From positions 33,090-97,089 of IMG/VR virus record IMGVR_UViG_3300028534_000003: a stretch of DNA of 64,000 bases; one strand, written 5' to 3'. Of the stretch, positions 37,922 to 47,004 are shown one piece after another. The DNA comes from a virus (lineage: Duplodnaviria; Heunggongvirae; Uroviricota; Caudoviricetes). A model generated the notes under the pieces. That model did no database searches. It had not been told where the DNA came from and saw only the letters and a list, made by a program, of their open reading frames with translations. Positions within the stretch are counted from its first letter, which is position 1, and each line of letters opens with the position of its first letter. The translations under genes were made by a program, and so were the position numbers.

Positions 37922-39316
37922 TTAATTTCCTTTGTTTCTTATTTCAGTTAAATTAGTTTCTATTAATAGCTTACCATTATGAAATACAGGCTTAAGAGCT
38001 TCCTCATATCCTTCAGGCAATTCGTTATACTGTTGAGTATATAACTCATACTTTCCATCTTTAACGATTGTAGTTACTCTACCTCGTTTAGATTTTTTAC
38101 CAGGATCTGTAATTGGGTCTTTGAAGATGTCAATATTCATAGTATGTAACTCTTCAGGTGTGCAATCAATATCAGATTGTACAGTAATTTGGCTACACTT
38201 AATAGCAAACTTATTGGTGTCTCTAGTGATATTCTGTGCAAGATCACCGCCACTACCGAAGATAAAGTTCTCTGCCGCGTAGCCAAGAGCTGTTACATGT
38301 TCAAGAATAGCTTCAATCTGTTCTGGAGTAATACCATCACCCCACAGTAGTCCATATTGTTTGAATGTAATTGGACGAGTATCTCTGTCTGTTTCACAGT
38401 TAGCGTACATTATCTCCAATATGCGTTCAAGCACTTCAATTGGATCACCACTATCAGGCCTGATTACAAGTTTCTGGTGTGGCCTGCTATCAAGTAATTG
38501 CCTAATACGTCCAGATGGATTAGTTACCATATCAGTGAATGCATAGACATCGTATGAGTCAGCAACAAATGACATGATTGGTGCATCAGGATTCTTTTGT
38601 AGTTGATCCCATACGAATTGCTCCTCACCATCCCTGCCGTACGATGTAGTAGTAGAGTGCTCAGATGCCCATACAGAAAATGAGTCAGCTGAAGTTGAGT
38701 TATAGTAGAGAGCTGGTAATAGTAATGAATTAAAGTTATCAGTTCCCATGAATTGAGTTGAATGTGCAAATCCAGCTAGAGAGGCTGATTCAACTGAGGT
38801 ACAGCCACGGTCAGAGAAGTTGTGTAGTGCGAAGTTAGCCCAATCAGGTGGCCCATAGTTGAGTAAGGTTTGCTTGATGTAGTACGACTTAGTAGCTATA
38901 GTAATTGGATACCACAACTTAAGTAATAAAGTTTCAAGATAACCTGGCAGCCAAGGTACTTCAGGGTCAGTTGATTCTATTACAAGTAATGGTAGTCCAG
39001 TAGGGATTAAAGATCCTTCAGGTACTGCTTTGATCGATACTGGTAGATAGCCAAGTTCGACTATGTAGTCCCATCCTGCTTTGTTAAATGGTTCACCGTG
39101 TTCAGCAGCTAGTTTAGCAGCCATAATTACATCAGTTTTAGTTGGTACTTTAAGTAAATACTTTTTAATGTAATATTGCAGTCCAACGAACACTGTAGCT
39201 GGGTACTGTCCACCACGAGATTCAAGATAAGAATACATAGATACCATATTATCAGGGTATTGAGAGTACTGGCCAAGTTTATATGAGTCAGTTAGTGTTA
39301 CTATCGAGTTAGTCAT
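37922..39316 (-). CDS. nadV: Nicotinamide phosphoribosyltransferase (NAMPT/NadV)
   Basis: N-terminal TDSYKLGQYSQYP, 464 aa, typical NAMPT family length and motifs. Confidence 0.75.
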   Translation of the reverse strand: MTNSIVTLTDSYKLGQYSQYPDNMVSMYSYLESRGGQYPATVFVGLQYYIKKYLLKVPTKTDVIMAAKLAAEHGEPFNKAGWDYIVELGYLPVSIKAVPEGSLIPTGLPLLVIESTDPEVPWLPGYLETLLLKLWYPITIATKSYYIKQTLLNYGPPDWANFALHNFSDRGCTSVESASLAGFAHSTQFMGTDNFNSLLLPALYYNSTSADSFSVWASEHSTTTSYGRDGEEQFVWDQLQKNPDAPIMSFVADSYDVYAFTDMVTNPSGRIRQLLDSRPHQKLVIRPDSGDPIEVLERILEIMYANCETDRDTRPITFKQYGLLWGDGITPEQIEAILEHVTALGYAAENFIFGSGGDLAQNITRDTNKFAIKCSQITVQSDIDCTPEELHTMNIDIFKDPITDPGKKSKRGRVTTIVKDGKYELYTQQYNELPEGYEEALKPVFHNGKLLIETNLTEIRNKGN

Positions 39317-39870
39317 TATTGTCCTTTGTTAAGTTGATACCATTGTAATAGGTATCGAGTTGACGCATCAGTTAGTGGATTAGCTAGTACTAAATCGATA
39401 TTATTAATATCTAAATAGACTATTTCAATAGACTCAGTATCAGTTAATTGTTGTCCACAATCCTGATCAGAATGCACTTCTACATAAAATGGATAACAAG
39501 TTGATCCAGTTAATCCTGCAGATCCAATATATGGTGGTAATGCAGTAAAATCTTCAAGTTCGGTACGATAGCCAAGTTCCTCATATACTTCCTGTGCTGC
39601 TATTGATAATGCCTGTAAGTGTGGAGGTTTGTCATGAAAGTTATCGATGATTCCAGCACAGCACTCAATAGTGAATGCGTCAACAGGAGGCCTATACTGC
39701 TTAACTAATAGTAAACAGTTATGGTCTACGTGGTAAACTAATACATGTACTGTGTTATGTGCTTTAACACGTTCCCATTGTAACTGTTTATCATTATGTG
39801 TATATGAGATTAGTTCAGTGTGAATAAATGATGGATCAATTAATGGCTCACGTTTTGTTATTGTTGGCAT
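39316..39870 (-). CDS. Nudix hydrolase (ADP-ribose pyrophosphatase-like)
   Basis: Degenerate Nudix box ...AAQEVYEELGY. It is coupled to the NadV and NMNAT genes. Confidence 0.5.
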   Translation of the reverse strand: MPTITKREPLIDPSFIHTELISYTHNDKQLQWERVKAHNTVHVLVYHVDHNCLLLVKQYRPPVDAFTIECCAGIIDNFHDKPPHLQALSIAAQEVYEELGYRTELEDFTALPPYIGSAGLTGSTCYPFYVEVHSDQDCGQQLTDTESIEIVYLDINNIDLVLANPLTDASTRYLLQWYQLNKGQ

Positions 39871-40546
39871 GCTGTTCCTTCAGTGAATTAATAACTTGAC
39901 AGGTTCTATAACAATGCTGCATAGTACCATGCCTAAGTGTTAAGTTATACGTTTTTGTATTATCAATAGCTTCTAATGTGTACACTATATTATTAAGTGC
40001 ATAGGTGTTACCTACAGCTATTCCATAGTAAGCATTCAATACAGAATAATACTTATTAAGTACTATAGGATAGACATCATCATGTAAATATTGGTTATAT
40101 TTAATCGGATTAGAACGGATATCAGTAGCACATATTGGTATTGATGAAATTGGTAATTGCTTAGTTGATATGTTATTAAGTTCAAATAATTTACTGTATG
40201 ATTGTGAGATATAGTGGATATTGTTATAAGTAAAATCACATCTATCTTCTGGTTTGTCATGTAAGTAGATTGTACATTTTGTAGGTAATAACGATTTAAG
40301 ATGGTCAAACCAATCATCCCAGCTATCATAGTCTGGTAAAAACTTAATGTTGGTTATACCAGTAGCTAATGTTATCATGTTAGCTCGTTCTGTGGCTGTG
40401 AACGGGTTTTTATGCGAAAGAGGTACATTGGTTGACCCAATAATAATAAGTGGTTCTAGACCATCTGCAATGATTGTATCAATGATTGATTGGTGGCCTA
40501 AATGAAATGGCTGAAATCGTCCGATTACTACTCCGTAGTGTGTCAT
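39848..40546 (-). CDS. Nicotinamide-nucleotide adenylyltransferase (NadM/NadR-type cytidylyltransferase)
   Basis: GVVIGRFQPFHLGH (HxGH motif) at the N-terminus. Confidence 0.65.
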   Translation of the reverse strand: MTHYGVVIGRFQPFHLGHQSIIDTIIADGLEPLIIIGSTNVPLSHKNPFTATERANMITLATGITNIKFLPDYDSWDDWFDHLKSLLPTKCTIYLHDKPEDRCDFTYNNIHYISQSYSKLFELNNISTKQLPISSIPICATDIRSNPIKYNQYLHDDVYPIVLNKYYSVLNAYYGIAVGNTYALNNIVYTLEAIDNTKTYNLTLRHGTMQHCYRTCQVINSLKEQHANNNKT

Positions 40547-40555
40547 ATGTGTCCT

Positions 40556-40819
40556 TTATATATCCAATACTATTTGTGTATCATATTTACTAATAAACTC
40601 ACCATAATCCATAGATGTTAAATTAGATGGTATATTCTTATCCCAATTCCACATAAAGTCTGTATTGTATCCATCATCATAGGCTATAGTTGGATTATCT
40701 TCATTAATAATGTCATTACAGCCTGTAGCCGTACATTCTTTTCCTTCACAAATAGTTGCTATATTATGAAGTTGGTCCATAGATGTAATATTTGTTACTG
40801 CTAAGCCGCGAATAATCAT
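40556..40819 (-). CDS. LTLNI-family small paralog 1
   Basis: IRGLAVT...FMWNW...QIVLDI. Homologous to 42118..42411. Confidence 0.45.
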   Translation of the reverse strand: MIIRGLAVTNITSMDQLHNIATICEGKECTATGCNDIINEDNPTIAYDDGYNTDFMWNWDKNIPSNLTSMDYGEFISKYDTQIVLDI

Positions 40820-40831
40820 TGTAATCCTTAT

Positions 40832-41254
40832 TTAAATATGTAGTGTTAATTGATCATTTGACTTACTTAAGTATAAAGAGTTAAACTGATCCAATGTCAT
40901 TAGATGGTACGTTAGTCCTACACAGTTAGATATACTCCAATTAAACATAAACATATCATCTCCACCACAATCAAATATGTACCTTACATTATTTAATTCG
41001 CTTATATTAATGCCTTCACATCTATTAACAACTTTTTCATAGTCTTTAGCTGGTATCATATCATTATTTGATACAATAAATAGATTACGCAATATTTCAT
41101 CAGATTGTGGTGGAAGTTTATTATCAGTATTACGTGATAACAATAAATAATCATCATATATAGTTAATAAAGTATATCCCTGATTAATACGTTCACGTAG
41201 TCTGGCTGGCAATTTATGTGTAGGTACATTCTTATAGTTGAGTCTTAAGGACAT
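40832..41254 (-). CDS. LTLNI-family paralog 2 (longer, 140 aa)
   Basis: FMFNW...DQLTLHI C-terminal block. Confidence 0.4.
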   Translation of the reverse strand: MSLRLNYKNVPTHKLPARLRERINQGYTLLTIYDDYLLLSRNTDNKLPPQSDEILRNLFIVSNNDMIPAKDYEKVVNRCEGINISELNNVRYIFDCGGDDMFMFNWSISNCVGLTYHLMTLDQFNSLYLSKSNDQLTLHI

Positions 41255-41256
41255 AA

Positions 41257-42108
41257 TTAAGCTTTACGTGGCTTACACGGTACTACTAATTCATCAAGAA
41301 TTGACTCTACAGTTGATACTGCATCAAAATCATCCTGTAAATTGATACAGTTAGGTAATTGAACAGGTGTTCCATACCCATCAGCTATATCGTCACCATA
41401 CAAGTCTTCGAATATAGCAAAGCCAAATTTACGAAGTAAACGTACATTGATGAATGATGATAATGTTGAAATAGATTTAATATCTTGGTAAGAATGTACT
41501 GGAATTGTTATAAGTAGATTAGGTTTACCATCTCCTCTATTTACATTCCTTGCTGTAAATACAGCGTTTATCTTAATGTATATACGTTTTGACTCTAGTA
41601 ATTCTACAGTTGCAAGTATCTTAGCTAATTTATTCTGTACATCCTCATCATCAACAGTCCATGGGATTGATGAGTTAATATATAGTTCATAGAAATAATT
41701 CTTTCCAGCTGATTTGGGTACTATTGCACATTCAGGATTACCTGCTAAATACCTAGCTATATCAATTAGTTCACCAGATACAGAATACTCAAATCCACTA
41801 TAAATTGTATCAGAAATTAACTTACGCTTGAGTAGTGATTCCTTTACTTTATATTTAATAGTTTGGTAGTTATTATCAGATATAGTACTAACACCAGCTC
41901 TTAATTCTTGTAATGCATCAGCATAAGATATGTCACATTTTATATCATCTAACTGTGTAATAGCTGATACAGTGTTTTTGAAATGTTCGGTATTCCTGAA
42001 TGATAGCATAGTTGTTGATTCATTATCCAATACAGTTAACCATGATTGTGGGTGATAATCCGCTAGTGGCTCATCAGTAATAAATTGCTGTGTTGTTAAA
42101 TTTGCCAT
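41257..42108 (-). CDS. Hypothetical protein (283 aa)
   Basis: ORF embedded among the paralogs and the AAA ATPase. Confidence 0.4.
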   Translation of the reverse strand: MANLTTQQFITDEPLADYHPQSWLTVLDNESTTMLSFRNTEHFKNTVSAITQLDDIKCDISYADALQELRAGVSTISDNNYQTIKYKVKESLLKRKLISDTIYSGFEYSVSGELIDIARYLAGNPECAIVPKSAGKNYFYELYINSSIPWTVDDEDVQNKLAKILATVELLESKRIYIKINAVFTARNVNRGDGKPNLLITIPVHSYQDIKSISTLSSFINVRLLRKFGFAIFEDLYGDDIADGYGTPVQLPNCINLQDDFDAVSTVESILDELVVPCKPRKA

Positions 42109-42117
42109 TAATTTCCT

Positions 42118-42411
42118 TTAAATGTTTAATGTTAGTTTAGTAACATAGTGGCTATAAAAATCCTTATATGGTATGTAAATTAAGTCATTTTTACTAGCCC
42201 TACCCCAATTGTACATAAATGAAATACTAGACCCACTATCATAGACTATATCATTACAGTGTACAAAAACTTTAGCTCTAGTTCTTCTTATGTCCTCTAG
42301 AGGCTCATTATAACATATTGCTAGTATTTGGCATAATTCTTCTGCTGTATTTACACCAGTTACAGCTAAGCCTCGTATGAAACCATTATCATCACGTGTT
42401 GGTAAGTTCAT
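42118..42411 (-). CDS. LTLNI-family small paralog 3
   Basis: FIRGLAVT...FMYNW...YKDFYSHY..KLTLNI. Confidence 0.45.
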   Translation of the reverse strand: MNLPTRDDNGFIRGLAVTGVNTAEELCQILAICYNEPLEDIRRTRAKVFVHCNDIVYDSGSSISFMYNWGRASKNDLIYIPYKDFYSHYVTKLTLNI

Positions 42412-42419
42412 AATATTTC

Positions 42420-42641
42420 CTATATATTCAGTGTTAGTGATGGGTATAGTTCAAATTCTTCAACTGAAAAGTTATATACTGATGAAATATTTAGACGGAA
42501 TGGAAAGCTAGGTCTATCTTCAAATATTTGAGTTATAGTTGCTTTTTTACCAATATAGGCTATCTTATCTCTATTACCTGTTACTGATTTAGTTATTATC
42601 ACATTGTCACCAACTTTAAACTTATATGCTTCATTTCTCAT
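42420..42641 (-). CDS. LTLNI-family small paralog 4
   Basis: ...YNFSVEEFELYPSLTLNI. Confidence 0.4.
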   Translation of the reverse strand: MRNEAYKFKVGDNVIITKSVTGNRDKIAYIGKKATITQIFEDRPSFPFRLNISSVYNFSVEEFELYPSLTLNI

Positions 42642-42643
42642 TA

Positions 42644-43441
42644 TTATTCACCAGTATTTGTTAACTCAGCTTCATATAATATCCTATCTTTAAGTTCATC
42701 AAATGTAGTCATATCAGCTTGAGTTAATGCACGCTTACGTTTATCTTCTTCAATTTGTGCTAAATATGCAGTAAATGCCTGTTTAAGTTCATCAGATGTA
42801 TTATCAATTAATCTTAGTAATGGGTTATCATCAAGCCCTAACTCTAATAGCTTATCATATAATATTTCATCTCTCATAGTTAATGTTATTGATGAACCAT
42901 ATGATTTAAGAAAATCACGCAATATAGTTACATCGTCAATAGCTTTAGTACTAGCTATGTTCGACGCTAATGTTTGATCATAATTGATCTTGATAGTATA
43001 ATATCTGTTAAGTGTAGAGAAGTCTAGATTAGCTCTAGCTCCATACTGTACTGTTACAGGATTAGCTGTAGCGATTAGATGGAAATCAGGATGAACATCA
43101 ATAACACCATCAGGGAATGGTACAAATCCATTGTCAAGTGAGTTAAGGCATAGAATAGTGTTAGGATCCATAGCAGTTAACTCTTCTATTACAAATATAC
43201 CGCCAAATTCAACAGCTTTACGGAATAGTGTTGGTGAATAATTGCTATTAACATCATAGAAGCCCAAGAATGCTGCTTGAGATGTTTGATATGTACCAGT
43301 AATTACATAGAATGGTATATTAAGATCATCAGCAATAGCCTTAGCTATAGTTGATTTACCAGTACCAGATTCACCAATTAGTAAAGGTGATAGTCCAGCT
43401 TTTACTGTGGCTAATACATAGTCATATTGAAAGTGTTTCAT
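42644..43441 (-). CDS. AAA+ ATPase of the AAA_5 (MoxR/CobS/McrB-like) type
   Basis: Walker A (GESGTGKST), Walker B (IFVIEELTAMD) and sensor-1-like LIATANP. Confidence 0.55.
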   Translation of the reverse strand: MKHFQYDYVLATVKAGLSPLLIGESGTGKSTIAKAIADDLNIPFYVITGTYQTSQAAFLGFYDVNSNYSPTLFRKAVEFGGIFVIEELTAMDPNTILCLNSLDNGFVPFPDGVIDVHPDFHLIATANPVTVQYGARANLDFSTLNRYYTIKINYDQTLASNIASTKAIDDVTILRDFLKSYGSSITLTMRDEILYDKLLELGLDDNPLLRLIDNTSDELKQAFTAYLAQIEEDKRKRALTQADMTTFDELKDRILYEAELTNTGE

Positions 43442-43442
43442 A

Positions 43443-44081
43443 TTAATCCTTTGCTAGTTTAAGTGTTGGTAGTGTTACAGGTAATGGATTACTAAGTACT
43501 TTATTGCGAATAAATGAAGTTAAGTTATCAATATTATATAATGTTTCAGTATCTTGTCCACCAGGTTTTATAATAAACTTAAACACATCATCAGATAATA
43601 TTGTAGCTGTTTGTAAAAACTCTCTATAGTAGCTTGTTTCATTTATACTAGCTAATGGATCTTTAAGTACATTATATAGTTCATTAATATCTAAATCAGA
43701 TGGTAAATGTAATCTTGGTAATATATTCTGCATAGCTTCTAGAGATGATGTATGTACTGTATGGTGTAGTAACCATACAGAAGATTTCATGGAGTCTGTT
43801 GCTTGTATGTTACATGGAGTAAAGTTAGAATAGTCTGGTGGAGTAAGGAATATATCATATTCTCTAAGTGAATTAGCTAATGAACCAAAAGCTACTACAT
43901 ATGATACACTGCCATCAACAATCTTTTGTAGTTCACTCTTAACACTATCATCCATTGTCTTAGATAACAGCGTTATTACATGCAATAAGAGTTTAGTCTT
44001 ATCATCTATTGTATCTAGGTTAGAAATTATATCATATGATTTATTTGGAGATAGCTTATTTTTATATCTTGAAAATATCAT
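43443..44081 (-). CDS. Hypothetical protein (212 aa), coupled to the AAA ATPase
   Basis: Its start overlaps the ATPase stop (ATGA-type coupling). Confidence 0.4.
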   Translation of the reverse strand: MIFSRYKNKLSPNKSYDIISNLDTIDDKTKLLLHVITLLSKTMDDSVKSELQKIVDGSVSYVVAFGSLANSLREYDIFLTPPDYSNFTPCNIQATDSMKSSVWLLHHTVHTSSLEAMQNILPRLHLPSDLDINELYNVLKDPLASINETSYYREFLQTATILSDDVFKFIIKPGGQDTETLYNIDNLTSFIRNKVLSNPLPVTLPTLKLAKD

Positions 44082-44091
44082 GTATGTTCCT

Positions 44092-44346
44092 TTATATATT
44101 TAATGTTAATTGTTTTATAGGTAATCCGTCGCTATCAAGTCCGGCTTCAGTTAGCCAGCAATTATATTGTTTAATTCTAATGCAATCAGATACAGACATG
44201 TAACTAATAATTTTGTTTGAGTTAGAAGATGAATACTTTAATATTATTCCCTTTACGTCATTATTACCTAAAAGTAAAAAATTTACACAACTACTATTGA
44301 TTGCTCTTATATCATTATAAGTCATGCAATGAGTATATTTAATCAT
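44092..44346 (-). CDS. LTLNI-family small paralog 5
   Basis: ...YNCW...KQLTLNI. Confidence 0.4.
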   Translation of the reverse strand: MIKYTHCMTYNDIRAINSSCVNFLLLGNNDVKGIILKYSSSNSNKIISYMSVSDCIRIKQYNCWLTEAGLDSDGLPIKQLTLNI

Positions 44347-44401
44347 ACAATGTCCTTGTTAAATTAATAGAGTTTACTATAGTGTGAACTCTATAATGTA
44401 A

Positions 44402-44752
44402 CTAGATGATACTAGATTCAGTAGTTTTACCAATGTTACATAAGATTGGATTGATTGCAACAAGTTCTTCAACTTTTTTGTCAAATACTATACCAGTTGT
44501 GCATTCAGTAGCTTCCATTGCTCTTACTCTAATGTCTTCTACAGCAGTTTTAATTAGAGCTAGTTTGTCTTTTTCAGATACATATTGAATTTGAACTCTT
44601 CCTACACAGCTATTAACTGGTGCAGTATCAATTTCAATATCAGTATTGCCATATGATTCTCTTGCAGCCTTAACTATTTTCTTAATAGCTTTTAGCTTTA
44701 CACTTGGGTTCATTTTCTTGTTTGGAGTCTCTAAAATTTGAGAGATTGTCAT
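44402..44752 (-). CDS. Hypothetical protein
   Basis: 116-aa ORF. Confidence 0.35.
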   Translation of the reverse strand: MTISQILETPNKKMNPSVKLKAIKKIVKAARESYGNTDIEIDTAPVNSCVGRVQIQYVSEKDKLALIKTAVEDIRVRAMEATECTTGIVFDKKVEELVAINPILCNIGKTTESSII

Positions 44753-44807
44753 GTTTGGTCCTTTAAGTCAGATTAAGTGCTTATAGTACACTTTATGAGA
44801 GACGGGC

Positions 44808-45269
44808 TCAACTATTTTCATCAGAAGTTGGACAGCTATCCTTATCTTCTTCAATATCATCCATAATATCAATTATTTCTTTAGTGAATTGTCTATTACG
44901 AGCTGCTTTTAATTTACGATTAGCCATATGTAATGTACTACGAACTAATTCCCTACGTACATTAAGTACCTCAGCTATATCATTGTCATCCATATCATCA
45001 AATAGATAGGATAGATTAGAATCCATAAGCTGTAATACTATATGTAACCGTAAATCTGTTTCAACATACTGTTCAAAAGAATTAGTTTTGGTCATACGGC
45101 TAAAAAATTGTTTATTGGTATTGTGTATACGCTGTAAATAAGATAGCAACTCTGCATTGGATTGTTTAATATTGGCACAATAGTCATTGTAGTGATCATA
45201 CTGTGCTTGTAATGGCATAGCTGCTATTAGTTGATCAATTATTGATTTCAGTGTTTGGGCTGATGTCAT
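44808..45269 (-). CDS. Sigma-70 region-4-like HTH protein (putative transcription factor / sigma-like)
   Basis: C-terminal DIAEVLNVRRELVRSTLHMANRKLKAA, matching a sigma-70 region 4 helix-turn-helix. Confidence 0.4.
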   Translation of the reverse strand: MTSAQTLKSIIDQLIAAMPLQAQYDHYNDYCANIKQSNAELLSYLQRIHNTNKQFFSRMTKTNSFEQYVETDLRLHIVLQLMDSNLSYLFDDMDDNDIAEVLNVRRELVRSTLHMANRKLKAARNRQFTKEIIDIMDDIEEDKDSCPTSDENS

Positions 45270-45504
45270 GTTGTTCCTTTAACTCGGATGTTGCTATTAA
45301 TGTATCGTTATAAGTGATATACTCAGCTGTTGTATGCTCTATTAGACCACGAAGCCATTGTTTTATTAATAGTGCTTGATTATAGTCAACTAGTACTTGT
45401 GTAGCTATTGGGCTAACAATAATTTCAAGTGAGGTTATTGGTGTTGGGAATTGCTGACCAATTATTATGTTAGATTGATTAGCTATGATTACTACAGGTT
45501 CCAT
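45235..45504 (-). CDS. Hypothetical protein
   Basis: 89-aa ORF. Confidence 0.3.
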   Translation of the reverse strand: MEPVVIIANQSNIIIGQQFPTPITSLEIIVSPIATQVLVDYNQALLIKQWLRGLIEHTTAEYITYNDTLIATSELKEQHDISPNTEINN

Positions 45505-45506
45505 TG

Positions 45507-46598
45507 TTATTTACCAGATTTCAGTAAGTATTTATCACTAATACATTTAAAACTAATAGATCCATCACATGCTTTATATACACGTCCTTCAGACCAAACA
45601 GAGGATGATAGAGATTTACTAGTTACTCTTTCCTGAAACTGCTCAAATGATGTTATTTCCTTGAATATCTCTACTTCAGGATTAACTACTGGCACGTACT
45701 GTGCTTTAGGTAAGTAGTAGCTAACAAACCATCTAGCCTCTGTTGGTGTAAGGTATTTTTGATCAGTAATGTCAAATACTGAAAATATGTAGAATTCAAC
45801 TTCAGATACTTTCTCATAGTTACCTTGAATATTTGGTGCTAATACCTCACCCTGTACAGCAAATCCAGTAGGTAAGTCAATATGTAGATTATATTTATCC
45901 GATGCTGTCCAAAAATTAGATGGTTTATCACCAAGTTTAGGCTGCTTAAGTTCAAGATTACGAGAGCATACACCAAAGTGAGTTATGTTATATATATTGA
46001 ATAATTTATTTAATACTTGTTTATACCACGGTAATTTTATTTCAATTTTATAAGCTGTCATTGATGAACCATCAAGTTTAAGTGTCTCTTCAAAGAATAT
46101 TTCTTTATGAGTCTCAAATAGATGCGGTAAGTTTTGAATACGTTCCTGATCAGTTTTAGGGATGAATGCTGGGAAATTACCTGCAGGTTTTCCAGTTACT
46201 GAATTGCCTTTACTTTGCTGTTGCGCTATGTCAATGTCGTATTTGATTACTCCAAGCAGTTCAGTTAGATTATCCCCAATATTAAGGGTTACAGAATTAA
46301 GCTCCTCAAACAGGCTAATCGGTAATAACAATCCCTGAGATATTGCTCCTGCTAACTTCATAGTACGAATACGATATCCTTGTTTACCTTGATGGGTAGT
46401 AGATTTACCTAAGAATGAGTATTTGTCAGATTTAGGTATGAATGAATCTATTTCAAAAAATACTCCAATGGATCCTTCAGTAAATTCCCCTTTTTTAACT
46501 ATACATGACCAACCATCAATTACAGCTAACTCAATTCTATCCTTGTTCGGAATTGGTAGTAATTTATTTACTTTACGAATTGTTACTAATTTTCTCAT
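45507..46598 (-). CDS. RNA ligase-like nucleotidyltransferase (Rnl with N-terminal OB-like domain)
   Basis: Motif I KLDGSS (EETLKLDGSSMTAY) and an N-terminal RKV...DR.EL..IDGW..VKKGEF OB-like module. The phage already has a separate DNA ligase. Confidence 0.5.
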   Translation of the reverse strand: MRKLVTIRKVNKLLPIPNKDRIELAVIDGWSCIVKKGEFTEGSIGVFFEIDSFIPKSDKYSFLGKSTTHQGKQGYRIRTMKLAGAISQGLLLPISLFEELNSVTLNIGDNLTELLGVIKYDIDIAQQQSKGNSVTGKPAGNFPAFIPKTDQERIQNLPHLFETHKEIFFEETLKLDGSSMTAYKIEIKLPWYKQVLNKLFNIYNITHFGVCSRNLELKQPKLGDKPSNFWTASDKYNLHIDLPTGFAVQGEVLAPNIQGNYEKVSEVEFYIFSVFDITDQKYLTPTEARWFVSYYLPKAQYVPVVNPEVEIFKEITSFEQFQERVTSKSLSSSVWSEGRVYKACDGSISFKCISDKYLLKSGK

Positions 46599-46713
46599 TA
46601 TTATCCTTTTATATTTAATGCTTACAGAATTGATAATGTTGGTACATTATTATTATTACCTACACATTACCCCCTGCCAGGAAGTTCTGTATCAGCTCTG
46701 TAAGAATTAGAAT

Positions 46714-46731
46714 GAGGGCAATTATGCCCTC
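46714..46731 (-). terminator. Hairpin GAGGGCA-ATTA-TGCCCTC (7-bp GC-rich stem) in an intergenic region, followed by a U-rich stretch on the minus strand
   Basis: Perfect inverted repeat in the 180-nt non-coding gap downstream (in minus-strand sense) of 46780..47004. Confidence 0.35.
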
Positions 46732-46779
46732 AATAGTACAAAATGGTATTGAACTATTCGAAATCTATTATGATCCAGT

Positions 46780-47004
46780 TTAAGTCAAGGTGACTAGTTC
46801 ATCTGGAGTAAACATAACTATAATAGTACTAACTCCATATGGATGGACTGGTATATGAGTATAGTGAAAGCACTTGAAACCAGGCTTATGTCGGTTAGCT
46901 AATGCTGTTGCTAGTGGTACACACTGGTAAATTGTTGGCGAGTTCATACCCTGGTAAGTTATATTAAGCTTCATCAGCGAACCCTCCATGATATGGGCAG
47001 TCAT
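46780..47004 (-). CDS. Hypothetical protein
   Basis: 74-aa ORF. Confidence 0.3.
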   Translation of the reverse strand: MTAHIMEGSLMKLNITYQGMNSPTIYQCVPLATALANRHKPGFKCFHYTHIPVHPYGVSTIIVMFTPDELVTLT

